Source of the DNA: Promethearchaeota archaeon
GTDB lineage: Archaea; Asgardarchaeota; Lokiarchaeia; Sigyniarchaeales; SOKP01
Assembly (NCBI GenBank): GCA_030599585.1
Contig: JAUVNS010000008.1
Location: forward strand, 175,285-239,284
Length of the DNA: 64,000 nt
Reading direction: 5' to 3'
Shown piece by piece: positions 39,540 through 49,964 of the stretch. The position numbers were made by a program, and so were the translations under genes. Numbering within the stretch: position 1 is the stretch's first letter; each line of letters starts with the position of its first letter. The notes beneath the pieces are model-generated. The model made no database searches, was not told where the DNA came from, and saw only the letters and a program-made list of their open reading frames with translations.

Positions 39540-39704
39540 AATGAAATCATTCCTAAACTAATGTGTTTAAAAATATAATAATTTCCGCTTTTAAATATTT
39601 ACAGCAAAATTATCATTTCATTACATCACAAAAGAGATAATAAAATCGTATAATATAGGCGTTTTATAAAAATAACATTTACTCGTAAATAAAAAAAAAA
39701 AAGA

Positions 39705-40796
39705 TTAGATTTTAATCTTAATATCATATCTAGCAAGTAGTAGAGCTATTCCTGCTTCTATTACTATTGGTAAAACTCCAACTAAAAGCATAGTAATTAG
39801 AGGATTAGCCACAAGAAAACTTCTATCAAGAAGACCTATAGCCACATCAAAAATAAAGGCTAATATAAAGAGTAATAGCATATTTTTACCCATTTCTGAA
39901 AGTACAGGAATCCTAAAGTTCATTTTTTCGAATCCATAGAAAACGGCAATTAAGAAGCCAGAGGCCGCGATCGCTAGGAATGCTAGAGATGTTGTTGCGT
40001 CGTGATGTTCTGCAGGTTGGATCCAGTCAAGACAGTAGAAGGCTATTATAAAAATGGTTGCGACTGGTAAAATTCTTTTTTTAAATCCAACATTTGGATC
40101 TTCGGGTTCCATTTTGTACCATTGAGAGAAACATGTCCCAGCAATAGCAATTGCAGCATGATTTAATGAATTAAACGGAAATGGAATAGTTCCTACTCCT
40201 CCAAGCCCTTTATGCTCAAATAGTGGAGTTGCGTAGAGTATCGCATGAAGGATCAATATTCCGATGCAAACATATAACCTTTTATCTGCACTTTTAGGGA
40301 TTAAATACGCCAAGAGATAAGCAGCAAAAGTTCCAATCGCTAAATTTGCTAAGGTACCATACCATAGCACTTCATCCCAAGGAATTCCGTCACCAAAAAG
40401 TAACCCCCCAATTAATCCGTCATCTAAGAATGCTAGCCCATATAGAACTGCTACACGGATAATGCCATGCTTCCATGCGGCGCCAACGCCTTTTTTTTCC
40501 ATCCTACTCGTAAAAGCAATATATGCTACATAACCTAAGATGAACATGAAAATTTGTTGACCAATATCAATAATTGTTATTAAAGCTGGATACCCGTCGT
40601 AGTACTGGAATCCGTGATTTAAAAGGGGTGGTCCTATAGGAATTTCAGTCCCGGGAAAATTGCCTGAAAGTGGCCATGTAATCACCGATATTATAAGAAA
40701 AATAATAATTAATCCCCGAAATTGATCTAACCATTCATACCGTTTATGTAATTTTGTTTTTCTTTCTTGTTCTACTTCAATTTTTTCCTCAGTCAT
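39705..40796 (-). CDS. HGSNAT/DUF5009-like membrane acyltransferase
   Basis: RYEWLDQFRGL, LNH...DG...TIID.GQ.IFMFILG, multiple TMs, MGKNMLLLF. Confidence 0.7.
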   Translation of the reverse strand: MTEEKIEVEQERKTKLHKRYEWLDQFRGLIIIFLIISVITWPLSGNFPGTEIPIGPPLLNHGFQYYDGYPALITIIDIGQQIFMFILGYVAYIAFTSRMEKKGVGAAWKHGIIRVAVLYGLAFLDDGLIGGLLFGDGIPWDEVLWYGTLANLAIGTFAAYLLAYLIPKSADKRLYVCIGILILHAILYATPLFEHKGLGGVGTIPFPFNSLNHAAIAIAGTCFSQWYKMEPEDPNVGFKKRILPVATIFIIAFYCLDWIQPAEHHDATTSLAFLAIAASGFLIAVFYGFEKMNFRIPVLSEMGKNMLLLFILAFIFDVAIGLLDRSFLVANPLITMLLVGVLPIVIEAGIALLLARYDIKIKI

Positions 40797-40964
40797 TTTT
40801 TCCTCATCACTTTTTATTGTTCAAATTCTGAAAGTAAATTTGGCATTTACTAGTTTTGATACTTCTAAATTTAAAGGTATCTCTTCAAAAAAAAAAGCAA
40901 ACTTATTATAAGAGTACAACGAAATTAAATTAATTTTACAAATTATTAAAAGAGTATCTTAAAT

Positions 40965-42419
40965 ATGAAGAGAAGAGAGTTAATTTCGTTATTTTTCTTT
41001 TTGTCGTTAATCCTAATCATTGTCATGGATAGTGCTTTGTTTCTACCCAATGAAGTGTTAATTGCCGCTGATTTGGGAATATATTTTGACACTATAGGCA
41101 TTATCATAAGTATATATACTATCGTAAATGGTATTTCAATTCTAGTATTCGGATATTTAACCGATACGATAGAGAGAAAAAAGATTTTAATCCTTGCTGG
41201 AGTATTGTGGTCTTTAACGGCAATACTGCATATATTCGTAGAAGAATTCTGGCAATTAATGCTTGTTAGGATTGTAGCAGCAATCGCTGTAAGTGTAACC
41301 ACTCCACTTGTAATTTCATATTTAGCAGATATAATCTCATCTGATTCACGCTCAAAATCTTTTGCGTTTTGGGGTTTGATAACAAATATAGGAACCTTGG
41401 TTGCTGGGATAGTAGCTTTATCATTTAATGAGATTGATTTCGAAGCTATAGAATTACCCCTCCTTCAGAAAATCGACTTTATCGCCCTTACTTATCCAGA
41501 TGTGTTATATACTTGGAAGCTTCCATATTTTTATCTTGGTATTATTGCTCTCATATTTACCATCCTTAATTATTTCATAACCGTAGAACCAAAAAGAGCG
41601 GCAAAAGAAAAACAGTTAGAAGAAGTTTTTTTAGACGAAAATGTCCGGTATTCTTATAAGATCAAATTTTCAGATTTAAAATTCGTCTTTAAGAGGAAAT
41701 CAAATTTCTTCCTGATGTTTAACTTTTTTGATGTCATCGCTTCAGGATTAGTATTAGCTTATATATTCCCCTATATCCAGCTTGAAATTGGTGTTAGTGT
41801 TGTCGATATCAAAGTCATTATTCTATTTCTCTTCCTAATTGTTTTGGGATTAATAATTGGACAATTTTGGCTTGCACATTTGGGGGATAAAAAAGTTCAG
41901 CGTGGAGATCTTTCTGGTAGGGTGAAAGTAGCGGTTATTTGTTCGATTTTGAATTTACCCTTCTTTTTATTTGGATTTGCGATGACACCTAATGTTGCAA
42001 ACTCTACTTTCTTCTTTGGTACTTTGTTGGTCAACGATATTGGATTTTGGGTTTTGTGGTTGGTCTATTGTACGTTTTTAGGTGTAGGTCTCGCTTTAAC
42101 TATGGGAATTGGTCCCAATTGGTATAGTTCTCTTATTGATGTTAATTTCCCCGAGAATCGTGGGACTATGGTTGCAGTCGGAGCCTTTATAGATTCTATC
42201 GGACGAGCCTTAGGTGCAATTATAGGTGGTTTCGTGGTAACATTAACGGGAAGCTTTTCTGCGACGATTTTTTGGTCTTTTTTAATATTTGGGATATTTT
42301 CTACTTTCCTATGGATTCCCCTTTTCTTTACTGCTAAAAAAGATTATTTAGAAATAAATGAGGCTATGAAAAATAGAGCATCTTCGTTAAGTAAAATACA
42401 ATCAGAGGAATCTCGGTAA
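40965..42419 (+). CDS. MFS transporter (Spinster-like)
   Basis: About 12 TM segments; FGYLTDTIERKK, LADIISSDSRS, EPKR, DVNFPENRGT. Confidence 0.85.
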   Translation: MKRRELISLFFFLSLILIIVMDSALFLPNEVLIAADLGIYFDTIGIIISIYTIVNGISILVFGYLTDTIERKKILILAGVLWSLTAILHIFVEEFWQLMLVRIVAAIAVSVTTPLVISYLADIISSDSRSKSFAFWGLITNIGTLVAGIVALSFNEIDFEAIELPLLQKIDFIALTYPDVLYTWKLPYFYLGIIALIFTILNYFITVEPKRAAKEKQLEEVFLDENVRYSYKIKFSDLKFVFKRKSNFFLMFNFFDVIASGLVLAYIFPYIQLEIGVSVVDIKVIILFLFLIVLGLIIGQFWLAHLGDKKVQRGDLSGRVKVAVICSILNLPFFLFGFAMTPNVANSTFFFGTLLVNDIGFWVLWLVYCTFLGVGLALTMGIGPNWYSSLIDVNFPENRGTMVAVGAFIDSIGRALGAIIGGFVVTLTGSFSATIFWSFLIFGIFSTFLWIPLFFTAKKDYLEINEAMKNRASSLSKIQSEESR

Positions 42420-42481
42420 TTAATTTGACAAAAAGTCGTCGAAATTTCATTTAATTTCGATTACGAGAAAGAATTTTAAAA

Positions 42482-43339
42482 TCAATTTTTATAAACATTT
42501 ATATCTAAAACTACATGATATAAACCCGGACCGTAACTTTTTACGAATCTCTTTGCCAACAGATTGCATTTAAAATCACTTTTTTCTACAATTTCTTTAA
42601 ATTCATTAAACAAATCTAAATAATTTTCTTTGTCGGCAATGCCTTCATAATGATATATCGTACCTTCAACTTTCGCTAAGGTTAACGCTTCTTTTATGAA
42701 ATCTTTTGGAGCTGGAAATACCCCCATAATCACTCGATCTGCTTTAAGACCTGAATTGCTCAGAGTCATTACTTCAATCTTACTATCTCCATAAATTGGA
42801 GTAATTATTTCCTCAAAATGATTGAGCTTTATATTCTCAGTTAAATATTTAAAAGATTCAGGGTTCAACTCTATACTAAACATCTTTTTAGGTTTTGAGT
42901 GTTTTGCTATGGGTAAGGAGAAATAACCTATCCCTGCAAACATATCAACGATAACCTCACCCTCTTCTACTAAAGTAGCTAAAAATTTCCTTTCGTTTAG
43001 ATTTCCCATACTAAACATTATCTTTGTAAAATCAAATCTATAGATTACCCCATGTTCTTTATGTTTAGCAATGGGATTATCTACTCCAACAAGAAACTCT
43101 ATTTTTTCTGGAGTTCTAAATTGTCCTTTTACCCGCCCTGAGTTTAAATAAACTGATTTTAACTTTGGTAATAAATCTAAGTATTTTTCAGCGATTAGAA
43201 TTTTTTTTTCAAGTAATAGCGGTTTAAATTTTACTATTGCCACATCCCCAATGGTTTGAAATCCTCGAGGAAGAGCAGACAATTCTTCATCAGTTAGAAT
43301 CCCTATAAGAACGTCCTTAAGTTTATCTTTAAATCCCAT
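42482..43339 (-). CDS. taw2: Trm5/Taw2(TYW2)-family tRNA modification enzyme, probably Taw2
   Basis: HKEHGVIY.FD.TKIMFS.GN..ER, VDMFAGIGYFSLPIA, ELNP, ADRVIMG, IYHY, KSYGPG.YHVVLD; lacks the Trm5 N-terminal D1 domain. Confidence 0.75.
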   Translation of the reverse strand: MGFKDKLKDVLIGILTDEELSALPRGFQTIGDVAIVKFKPLLLEKKILIAEKYLDLLPKLKSVYLNSGRVKGQFRTPEKIEFLVGVDNPIAKHKEHGVIYRFDFTKIMFSMGNLNERKFLATLVEEGEVIVDMFAGIGYFSLPIAKHSKPKKMFSIELNPESFKYLTENIKLNHFEEIITPIYGDSKIEVMTLSNSGLKADRVIMGVFPAPKDFIKEALTLAKVEGTIYHYEGIADKENYLDLFNEFKEIVEKSDFKCNLLAKRFVKSYGPGLYHVVLDINVYKN

Positions 43340-43441
43340 TAATTATCAAAAATGCAATCCTTATTCAAAATCAAGTTAAATTATTATATTATAGTATATT
43401 ACTTTTCAAAAATATTATACTAAAAAATTAGAGGATAAAAA

Positions 43442-45301
43442 ATGACTAGTTTAAATGATCCAGAGTTTCTGGTTGACGAAAACAAGGTTTGGTTTACTGG
43501 AGGTTATTGGCCTGAAGGTGTTCCTCACCAACTTAAAGATGTAGACGGTATTGAAATGTTACCGATGTGGGAAGGATTCATAAAATCTGCTAACGATTAT
43601 GGAATCTGGGATAACGATATTTGTATTTTTGTGTATGGTCCATACATGGAAAAAGTTACATTGAGAACTCTTTTCGAATATGCTAAGAAATTTGGCACAT
43701 TTCTTTATGAAAACTTAGGAATAAGAAAAGGCGATGTAGTAGCAATCGATCTCCCTAATTCAATAAACTTTGTAGTAGCTTATATGGGTTGTATGTATAT
43801 TGGGGCAATTGCTCAAGGCATTAATCCTACTTATAAACCAATGGAATTACTGCACTCATTAACGATGACAAAGGCAAAGGTCTTAGTTTTAATGGACATG
43901 CTTTACATCGCCGGTCCCGCAACAATTCTTCCAAAAACTGATGTGAAATTTCTAATCCCCTCCAATTTTGTTGATTTTTTCACTGCTGACGAAGATACAA
44001 TCCAAAAACTCGGAATTCCAACCGCTAAAGATAAAATCCCGAATGAAACAGAGGATTATGAAATACATTGGATGAAGGACATAATAGACGGGACTGAACC
44101 AAAAGAAATTACAGTTGAAATAGAGGTCTGGAAAGATCCTGCGGTTTATCTTATGACTGGAGGAACAACTGGACTCCCTAAAGTAGCGATGCTAAGCCAT
44201 GCGAATCTTATTTCAAATTTATTCATGATAAAACCCTGGACCAATCTCGAACCAGGCATGATAACTATTGGAAGCATTCCATTTTTCCATAGCTTTGGAA
44301 TGACTTGTGTAATGAATGGAGCTCTATCCTTAGGAATGCAGATGTTACTGTTCCCTAAACCTCCTTCAGACGATGTTTTATCAGAAACAATAGATAAACT
44401 TGAAGCACCTCAAGGAATAATGTATACGGGAGTAGAAATGTTGTTTAAAAGACTTACAGATTATGTAAACGAAGTAGGTGTTGAAGAATACAAGAAAAAA
44501 TACACTTTTGCAGAGAAGCTAAAATATGCTACACAAGGAGCTGGTCCACTTCATGATCATATTCGCGTACCTTTTGAGGAAATCTTCTGTCCGATAAGAG
44601 TTGGTTATGGTTTAACTGAAACGTCCCCTGTTACTAGCATAGCACCATTTTGGGGTCCTAATAAAACGGGGAAGTTAGGTTTACCTGTATCCGGAGTAGA
44701 TTGGGCGATATTCGATTCAGCTGACTTTGACAAAGGTCCAATTTGTGACGGTACTCCTGAAATGAATCATTTTGGCGTTGAACATACCGGTGAAATTTGT
44801 GTTGCCGGACCACATATTATGCTTGGATATTTAGGAGTCCAAAGCGAGCAAGAAGACAATCTTAAGATGTGGAACGGAAAGAGGTGGTTGCTTACTGGAG
44901 ATATCGGGTTTATGGACGAACACGGATTCTGTGAAATAAGAGATCGAAAGAAATCTTTAATAAAAGTTTCTGGACATTCAGTATTTCCAAAGGAAGTTGA
45001 AGATTTAATGGGACACCATCCTGCGATAGATCAAGTTGCTGTAGCAGGATTACCAGACGAAAGCAGTGGTGAAAAGGTGAAAGCATGGATTGTACTAAAG
45101 AAAGGGTTTAAAGTTGGAAAGAATATTGAAGTTGAAGAAATTAAGAAATGGTGCATGGAAAATATGGCGAAATGGAAGAGCCCAAGATTAATTGAAGTCG
45201 CTCGAAAACTCCCCGTGTCAATAACTGGAAAAGTACAACGAAGACAACTCCAAGAAAAAGATATAGCAAAAATGGAAAGTGGAAAAGAAATAAAAGGTTA
45301 A
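43442..45301 (+). CDS. Long-chain fatty-acid--CoA ligase (AMP-binding)
   Basis: MTGGTTGLPK, GYGLTETSP, TGDIG.MD, DRKKSLIKVSG, LP.SITGKVQRR. Confidence 0.92.
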   Translation: MTSLNDPEFLVDENKVWFTGGYWPEGVPHQLKDVDGIEMLPMWEGFIKSANDYGIWDNDICIFVYGPYMEKVTLRTLFEYAKKFGTFLYENLGIRKGDVVAIDLPNSINFVVAYMGCMYIGAIAQGINPTYKPMELLHSLTMTKAKVLVLMDMLYIAGPATILPKTDVKFLIPSNFVDFFTADEDTIQKLGIPTAKDKIPNETEDYEIHWMKDIIDGTEPKEITVEIEVWKDPAVYLMTGGTTGLPKVAMLSHANLISNLFMIKPWTNLEPGMITIGSIPFFHSFGMTCVMNGALSLGMQMLLFPKPPSDDVLSETIDKLEAPQGIMYTGVEMLFKRLTDYVNEVGVEEYKKKYTFAEKLKYATQGAGPLHDHIRVPFEEIFCPIRVGYGLTETSPVTSIAPFWGPNKTGKLGLPVSGVDWAIFDSADFDKGPICDGTPEMNHFGVEHTGEICVAGPHIMLGYLGVQSEQEDNLKMWNGKRWLLTGDIGFMDEHGFCEIRDRKKSLIKVSGHSVFPKEVEDLMGHHPAIDQVAVAGLPDESSGEKVKAWIVLKKGFKVGKNIEVEEIKKWCMENMAKWKSPRLIEVARKLPVSITGKVQRRQLQEKDIAKMESGKEIKG

Positions 45302-45327
45302 TTTTTTTTTATTATTTTTTTTTAATT

Positions 45328-46959
45328 TTACTCGTTTAGGCGTTTGTGCGTTTTTTTCATAATTTTATATATGTTTGTGAATTCATAAAAGAGCTTGTCG
45401 TAAACTGCCCTATTTTCTGGATTTGGTGTGAAAATGTTAGAGTATTCGATTAAATCGGGAATTTGATCCCAGGTAAGGTAACCTAATCCCACTGAAGCGA
45501 TAAAAGCGGCTCCACGAGCATTTGCTTGTATAGGATCTTTAACTTGTTTGATTGTCCTATTGAGTACGTCAGCAAAAATTTGACACCAAACATTACTAGT
45601 TGCGCCACCACCTATTATGTTAAGTTCGGGCATTACTATGTCTTTTTTCGTCATTCCTGGATTATCTTTCATCTTCCCTTTTTGGATAAATTTTTCGACG
45701 TACATATGAAGCCACCTCACATTGTAAGCAACACCCTCAAAGATTGCTCTTATTAAGTGTTCACGCGACATCTCAAGCGATAAATTATAAAAACCACCAC
45801 GAACAGTATGATCGTCAACGGGAGCTCTTTCTCCGATAAGCCAAGGAGTAAAAATTAGGTTGTTAGACCCCGCAGGAACTTTCTCAACAATTCTATCCAA
45901 AATTTTGTATACATCCGGAACCTGTTCTTCTTTCATTAATTCATCCTTATGATATAAAATTTTATCTCTTAGAAATTGTAAAGCTCCTCCAGCGATTTCT
46001 TGTTCGTTTGCTACAAAATACCGACCTTTTATTGCTGAGGGGAAGCTAGCCATATTATGAAAGATATCTGTTTTTTTGTATGGTACGTGACATGTTAACC
46101 AGTCAGACGTTCCAATGTATATGTGCCCTTCGTAATTCTTTACAGCTCCAGATCCAATAGTTGCTGTTTGTAGATCTGGTGCCCCCATGATCATTTTAAT
46201 CCCCTTTTCTAAACCAAGCTCATCTGCAATTTCATCTTTAATTGGTCCCAGAACATCTGTAGACCATCTTAAATCTGTAGGGAATTTATTTGGGTCGACT
46301 TTAACCATTTTCATTATTTTGTTGTAATACTTGATATCGTTGATATCTCGAATGTCTGTAAAAAAATGCATTTGAATGGAAGCGTAAGAGGCGGCAAATT
46401 TGCCCGTAAATTTTAAATTTACATAATCGTGGGGTTCCAAAAACATAAAAGTCTTATCGTAAATTTCTGGATGGCAATCTTTTATCCACAAAATATGGGC
46501 AAGAGGATCTTTTCCTGATAAACTGGCGCCTCCACCTGTGACCTTAACTAATTTTAACATTTTGCGCACAGAATATCCACTTACTTGGATTAAACTTTTG
46601 TGGAATTTTTTCATATAAGGTGCGCCTCGAGTGTCCATCCATATGATAGAATTCATTAAATGATCTCCATCTTTATCTAGAGCCACAGTACCACTCCATT
46701 GACTCGAATTACAAACACCCACTATGTCATTAACCGAAACTTTTCCGTTTTCAATTACTTGTTTAGCTGTCTTAAGAATGGCATTCCACCAATCGTTAGG
46801 ATCTTGTTCAACCCCACCTCCCTTTTCTACGTATAGAGGAACTTCTTGAAATGCCCAATCGACAACTTCCCCATGGGTTGAGACTATAGCGGCCTTAGGT
46901 CCGCCTGTACCATGATCAATTGCCAAAATATATTTAGAAGAATTTTCTGTATCTGACAT
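45328..46959 (-). CDS. FGGY-family carbohydrate kinase (xylulokinase-like)
   Basis: LAIDHGTGGPKA, EQDPNDWW, IIWMDTR, YIGTS, PWLIGERAP, RAIFEGV, GGGATS..WCQIFAD. Confidence 0.9.
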   Translation of the reverse strand: MSDTENSSKYILAIDHGTGGPKAAIVSTHGEVVDWAFQEVPLYVEKGGGVEQDPNDWWNAILKTAKQVIENGKVSVNDIVGVCNSSQWSGTVALDKDGDHLMNSIIWMDTRGAPYMKKFHKSLIQVSGYSVRKMLKLVKVTGGGASLSGKDPLAHILWIKDCHPEIYDKTFMFLEPHDYVNLKFTGKFAASYASIQMHFFTDIRDINDIKYYNKIMKMVKVDPNKFPTDLRWSTDVLGPIKDEIADELGLEKGIKMIMGAPDLQTATIGSGAVKNYEGHIYIGTSDWLTCHVPYKKTDIFHNMASFPSAIKGRYFVANEQEIAGGALQFLRDKILYHKDELMKEEQVPDVYKILDRIVEKVPAGSNNLIFTPWLIGERAPVDDHTVRGGFYNLSLEMSREHLIRAIFEGVAYNVRWLHMYVEKFIQKGKMKDNPGMTKKDIVMPELNIIGGGATSNVWCQIFADVLNRTIKQVKDPIQANARGAAFIASVGLGYLTWDQIPDLIEYSNIFTPNPENRAVYDKLFYEFTNIYKIMKKTHKRLNE

Positions 46960-47080
46960 ATTTAATATAAATGATAATAAGGTAAATAAAGATTTATTGC
47001 GTCAGACATTTTTCCATAATTATATGAGCAAATTTAGATTTTCTTAATCAGATATAATTAAAGTATTTTGTTGATTCTAA

Positions 47081-48478
47081 ATGGAATATGAGGAAAAAAT
47101 AGCGAAAATTAAAAATATTGTTGATTTGCCTATTAGCAAATTCAAACCAGACGAATTAAAAGCGATATTAGAAAGGTATGAGAAAAATCATGCGAAGTCA
47201 AAAAAGGCTTTTGAGAGAGCAAGAAAAATAATCCCTGGAGGCGTAGAACATAATCTCGCCTTTAATTATCCATTCCCTCTAGAGAGTAAGCGTGTTTTTG
47301 ACTGTTACATGGAAACTGTTGATGATGTTATACTTACAGATTATTTAATGGATGGAGGACCGATTATCCTCGGGCATAATCATCCCGTTTTAACGGAAAA
47401 GGTTATCGAAGTTATTCGGAATATTGGACCATGTCATGGAATAACTAATGAATACGAATATCTTGCTGCCGAACAGCTTCAAAAGCATTTCCCTTCTTGT
47501 GAAATCATAAGATGGCTCCAAACAGGGACAGAAGCCGATATGCTTGCCATAAGGATTGCCAGAGTTGCTACAAATCGCAAATGGATAATTAAAATAGGCG
47601 GAAGTTATCACGGATGGTCAGATCAATTGGTTTACGATATGCACGTTCCTGGAACAAAGCTATTAGAATCCCATGGAATACCAAAAAATGTGTTTAAATT
47701 CACCGATTCTTGTCCTCCAAACGATATTGAAACATTGCGGCAAATGTTTAAAGAAAAGCGAAAAGTTGCTGCAGTATTAATTGAACCAATGGGGGGAGAA
47801 TCAGGAGCTAATCCTGTCAGACCGGGATTTAATAAAGAAGTAGAAGAATTATGTCATGAAAATAAAGCACTTTTGATTTCCGACGAAGTTGTGTGTGCTT
47901 TTAGATTGCATATGGGTGGTGGTCAAGCGTATTATGGATACGACCCGGACTTATCTGTGTTTGGTAAAATTGTAGGACATGGGTATCCCTCCGCTGCTGC
48001 TATTGGAGGTAAAGAAGAATATATGAAATTTTGCGCAGCAGGAGTGGGTGGTGGAAAAAGAGCTTATAGCGGAGGAACTTTAGCAGCGAATCCGTTAACG
48101 TGTGCTGCTGCATATAATGCAATTAAATTAGTCGAAGAGACTAACGCAACGGAAATAGCTGGAAAAGCTGGAGCTCGATTAGCTAGCGGATTAAATCAAG
48201 TGTTTGAAAAACATGAATTACCCTGGTTTTCATACAATTTGGGTGGAACGGTTCATTTTCATACATCCTGTCTTTTTGGTTTAAGTTTTGATATACCCGA
48301 TCAAGTAGGGCAACTACCAAAAAGAAAGAAATTTATGGAATACATAGGAGCGGCTTTGGTGGATCAAGAAATTATCTCTGTTGCGGGAAGCAGGTTTTAT
48401 ATGTGCATACTACATACCGATGAAATTGTTGACGAAACCGTTGAAAAAATAGATAAAATCTGCCAAAAAATTGAATAG
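47081..48478 (+). CDS. Class III PLP aminotransferase (GSA aminomutase-like)
   Basis: IPGGVEH, GPIILGH, TGTEA, GSYHGW, EP.GGESG, SDEV..AFR, FGKIVG.GYP, GGTLAANP. Confidence 0.88.
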   Translation: MEYEEKIAKIKNIVDLPISKFKPDELKAILERYEKNHAKSKKAFERARKIIPGGVEHNLAFNYPFPLESKRVFDCYMETVDDVILTDYLMDGGPIILGHNHPVLTEKVIEVIRNIGPCHGITNEYEYLAAEQLQKHFPSCEIIRWLQTGTEADMLAIRIARVATNRKWIIKIGGSYHGWSDQLVYDMHVPGTKLLESHGIPKNVFKFTDSCPPNDIETLRQMFKEKRKVAAVLIEPMGGESGANPVRPGFNKEVEELCHENKALLISDEVVCAFRLHMGGGQAYYGYDPDLSVFGKIVGHGYPSAAAIGGKEEYMKFCAAGVGGGKRAYSGGTLAANPLTCAAAYNAIKLVEETNATEIAGKAGARLASGLNQVFEKHELPWFSYNLGGTVHFHTSCLFGLSFDIPDQVGQLPKRKKFMEYIGAALVDQEIISVAGSRFYMCILHTDEIVDETVEKIDKICQKIE

Positions 48479-48565
48479 TTTTTTCTATACTTTCAATTAT
48501 TACCTTATTTTTTTATTTGATTAAGATATACATTCAACAATATTGGTAAGTATTATAATATCTGA

Positions 48566-48913
48566 TCACTCAGGTAAATAAAATTTGCATACGGTGCATT
48601 GCCGTGCTTTCAATCTTCTTTCGGGACCAAGAATTATATATTTACTTTTCATAGTACCGCTGCATTTAGGACAAGTTTTTACAAAATTTTCTTTAATAGA
48701 ATTTAAGACAAACTGGATATTCTTCTCTAGTTTGAGTAAGTCGTTCGCGTTCTCTATTATATTTTTAGCGGAAACAATCCCAATACCTTTAATCCAAGCT
48801 AAATCTTCAGGCTTTGAACTCGCAATGTCTTCAATTGTTTTAACTCCTGCTTTACTTAAGTTTATCGAGGAAATGGGACCAATGCCGCTTACTCGTTCAA
48901 GTTCATTAGACAT
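48566..48913 (-). CDS. Tandem helix-hairpin-helix protein with C-terminal Zn ribbon
   Basis: VSGIGP, IKGIG HhH motifs; CPKC...CTVC. Confidence 0.8.
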   Translation of the reverse strand: MSNELERVSGIGPISSINLSKAGVKTIEDIASSKPEDLAWIKGIGIVSAKNIIENANDLLKLEKNIQFVLNSIKENFVKTCPKCSGTMKSKYIILGPERRLKARQCTVCKFYLPE

Positions 48914-49094
48914 TAGGAGCACTTTAGACTATTTGTTTCTGTATGAGATTGACAAGTTTAACTTGATGAATGGATTAAAATGAAATTTAACCTTCACTTA
49001 TTGTGAACTTATGCTATTTATTATAATTAATAATGGTAATTCTATAAGATAAAATTTTATATGATAAAAAAAAAAGAAATGAAATTTGAAAAAG

Positions 49095-49820
49095 TTACTT
49101 TTCTATTTGTTTCCCTACACCGAAATACATTAAAAAGCCACCGAGAAGGGCTAAAATTATCCCAATAGCCCCTATAAGTAATCTAATTGTTGCATTGGCT
49201 AAGAAATTAGAAATAAAAATAGCATACATAAATATCATTAGAGCAATGAATCCATATATAAAAAATCTCCACTTTCTCTTCAACATTGCATCCTCGAACT
49301 TCTTGTAAATCTGAAATGAGAAATATAGTGACGGTATGAGTGCCCCAATAGTTTCGACTAAGACAACATATAGGAAGAATGGTAAACTCCATTCAGGGCT
49401 CCAATTTGTTCCTGAATTGATAGTAACTCCTAACCCAGGTATAAAAAGGAAGAAAAACATACCAAACATCGCAATTCCGTAAATAATAAGGATTATCAAT
49501 TGTTTACTCGTTGAAATTACCTTTTCAGATTTTAAGAGTATTAAGTCAAAGACCACGATAAATATAGGAGCATAAAAGATTCCAAAATTTGTAAAGAAGT
49601 TGAGTATTGATACAATAAATTCATCAGTCAGAGGCGCGTATAAAAAATTAATAAGAAATCCTATAACAGGAGATATATAAAGTCCTGCGAAAATGACATT
49701 TAATCGTTTTCTATCTCTTAGCAAGATTTTGATTGCTAAATAAAGAAATGCTACCATAATTACCCCTTGGGCTATATAAACAGTTATAATTCGACCCGTC
49801 GTTAATTGAAAATACACCAT
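49095..49820 (-). CDS. Stand-alone 7-TM membrane protein (paralogue A)
   Basis: Seven hydrophobic segments, basic loops (RDRKR, KKFEDAMLKRKWR), no soluble output domain. Confidence 0.8.
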   Translation of the reverse strand: MVYFQLTTGRIITVYIAQGVIMVAFLYLAIKILLRDRKRLNVIFAGLYISPVIGFLINFLYAPLTDEFIVSILNFFTNFGIFYAPIFIVVFDLILLKSEKVISTSKQLIILIIYGIAMFGMFFFLFIPGLGVTINSGTNWSPEWSLPFFLYVVLVETIGALIPSLYFSFQIYKKFEDAMLKRKWRFFIYGFIALMIFMYAIFISNFLANATIRLLIGAIGIILALLGGFLMYFGVGKQIEK

Positions 49821-49964
49821 TGCATAACCACACTTGTTTTGTTATATATTTTTTTTTTACTTGTTATTAATTATTATTGTAGTTTTCTTATTTAACTGTA
49901 ATTTTTACATATATTAGTTGAGTTAATAAAAAATATCTAAATTGAATAAATAGCGATAATTACT

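Noticed and set aside
47081-48478. Calling the class III aminotransferase hemL
   Set aside because: Family motifs fit, but sequence details and context (sugar kinase, no hem genes) do not support the specific function.
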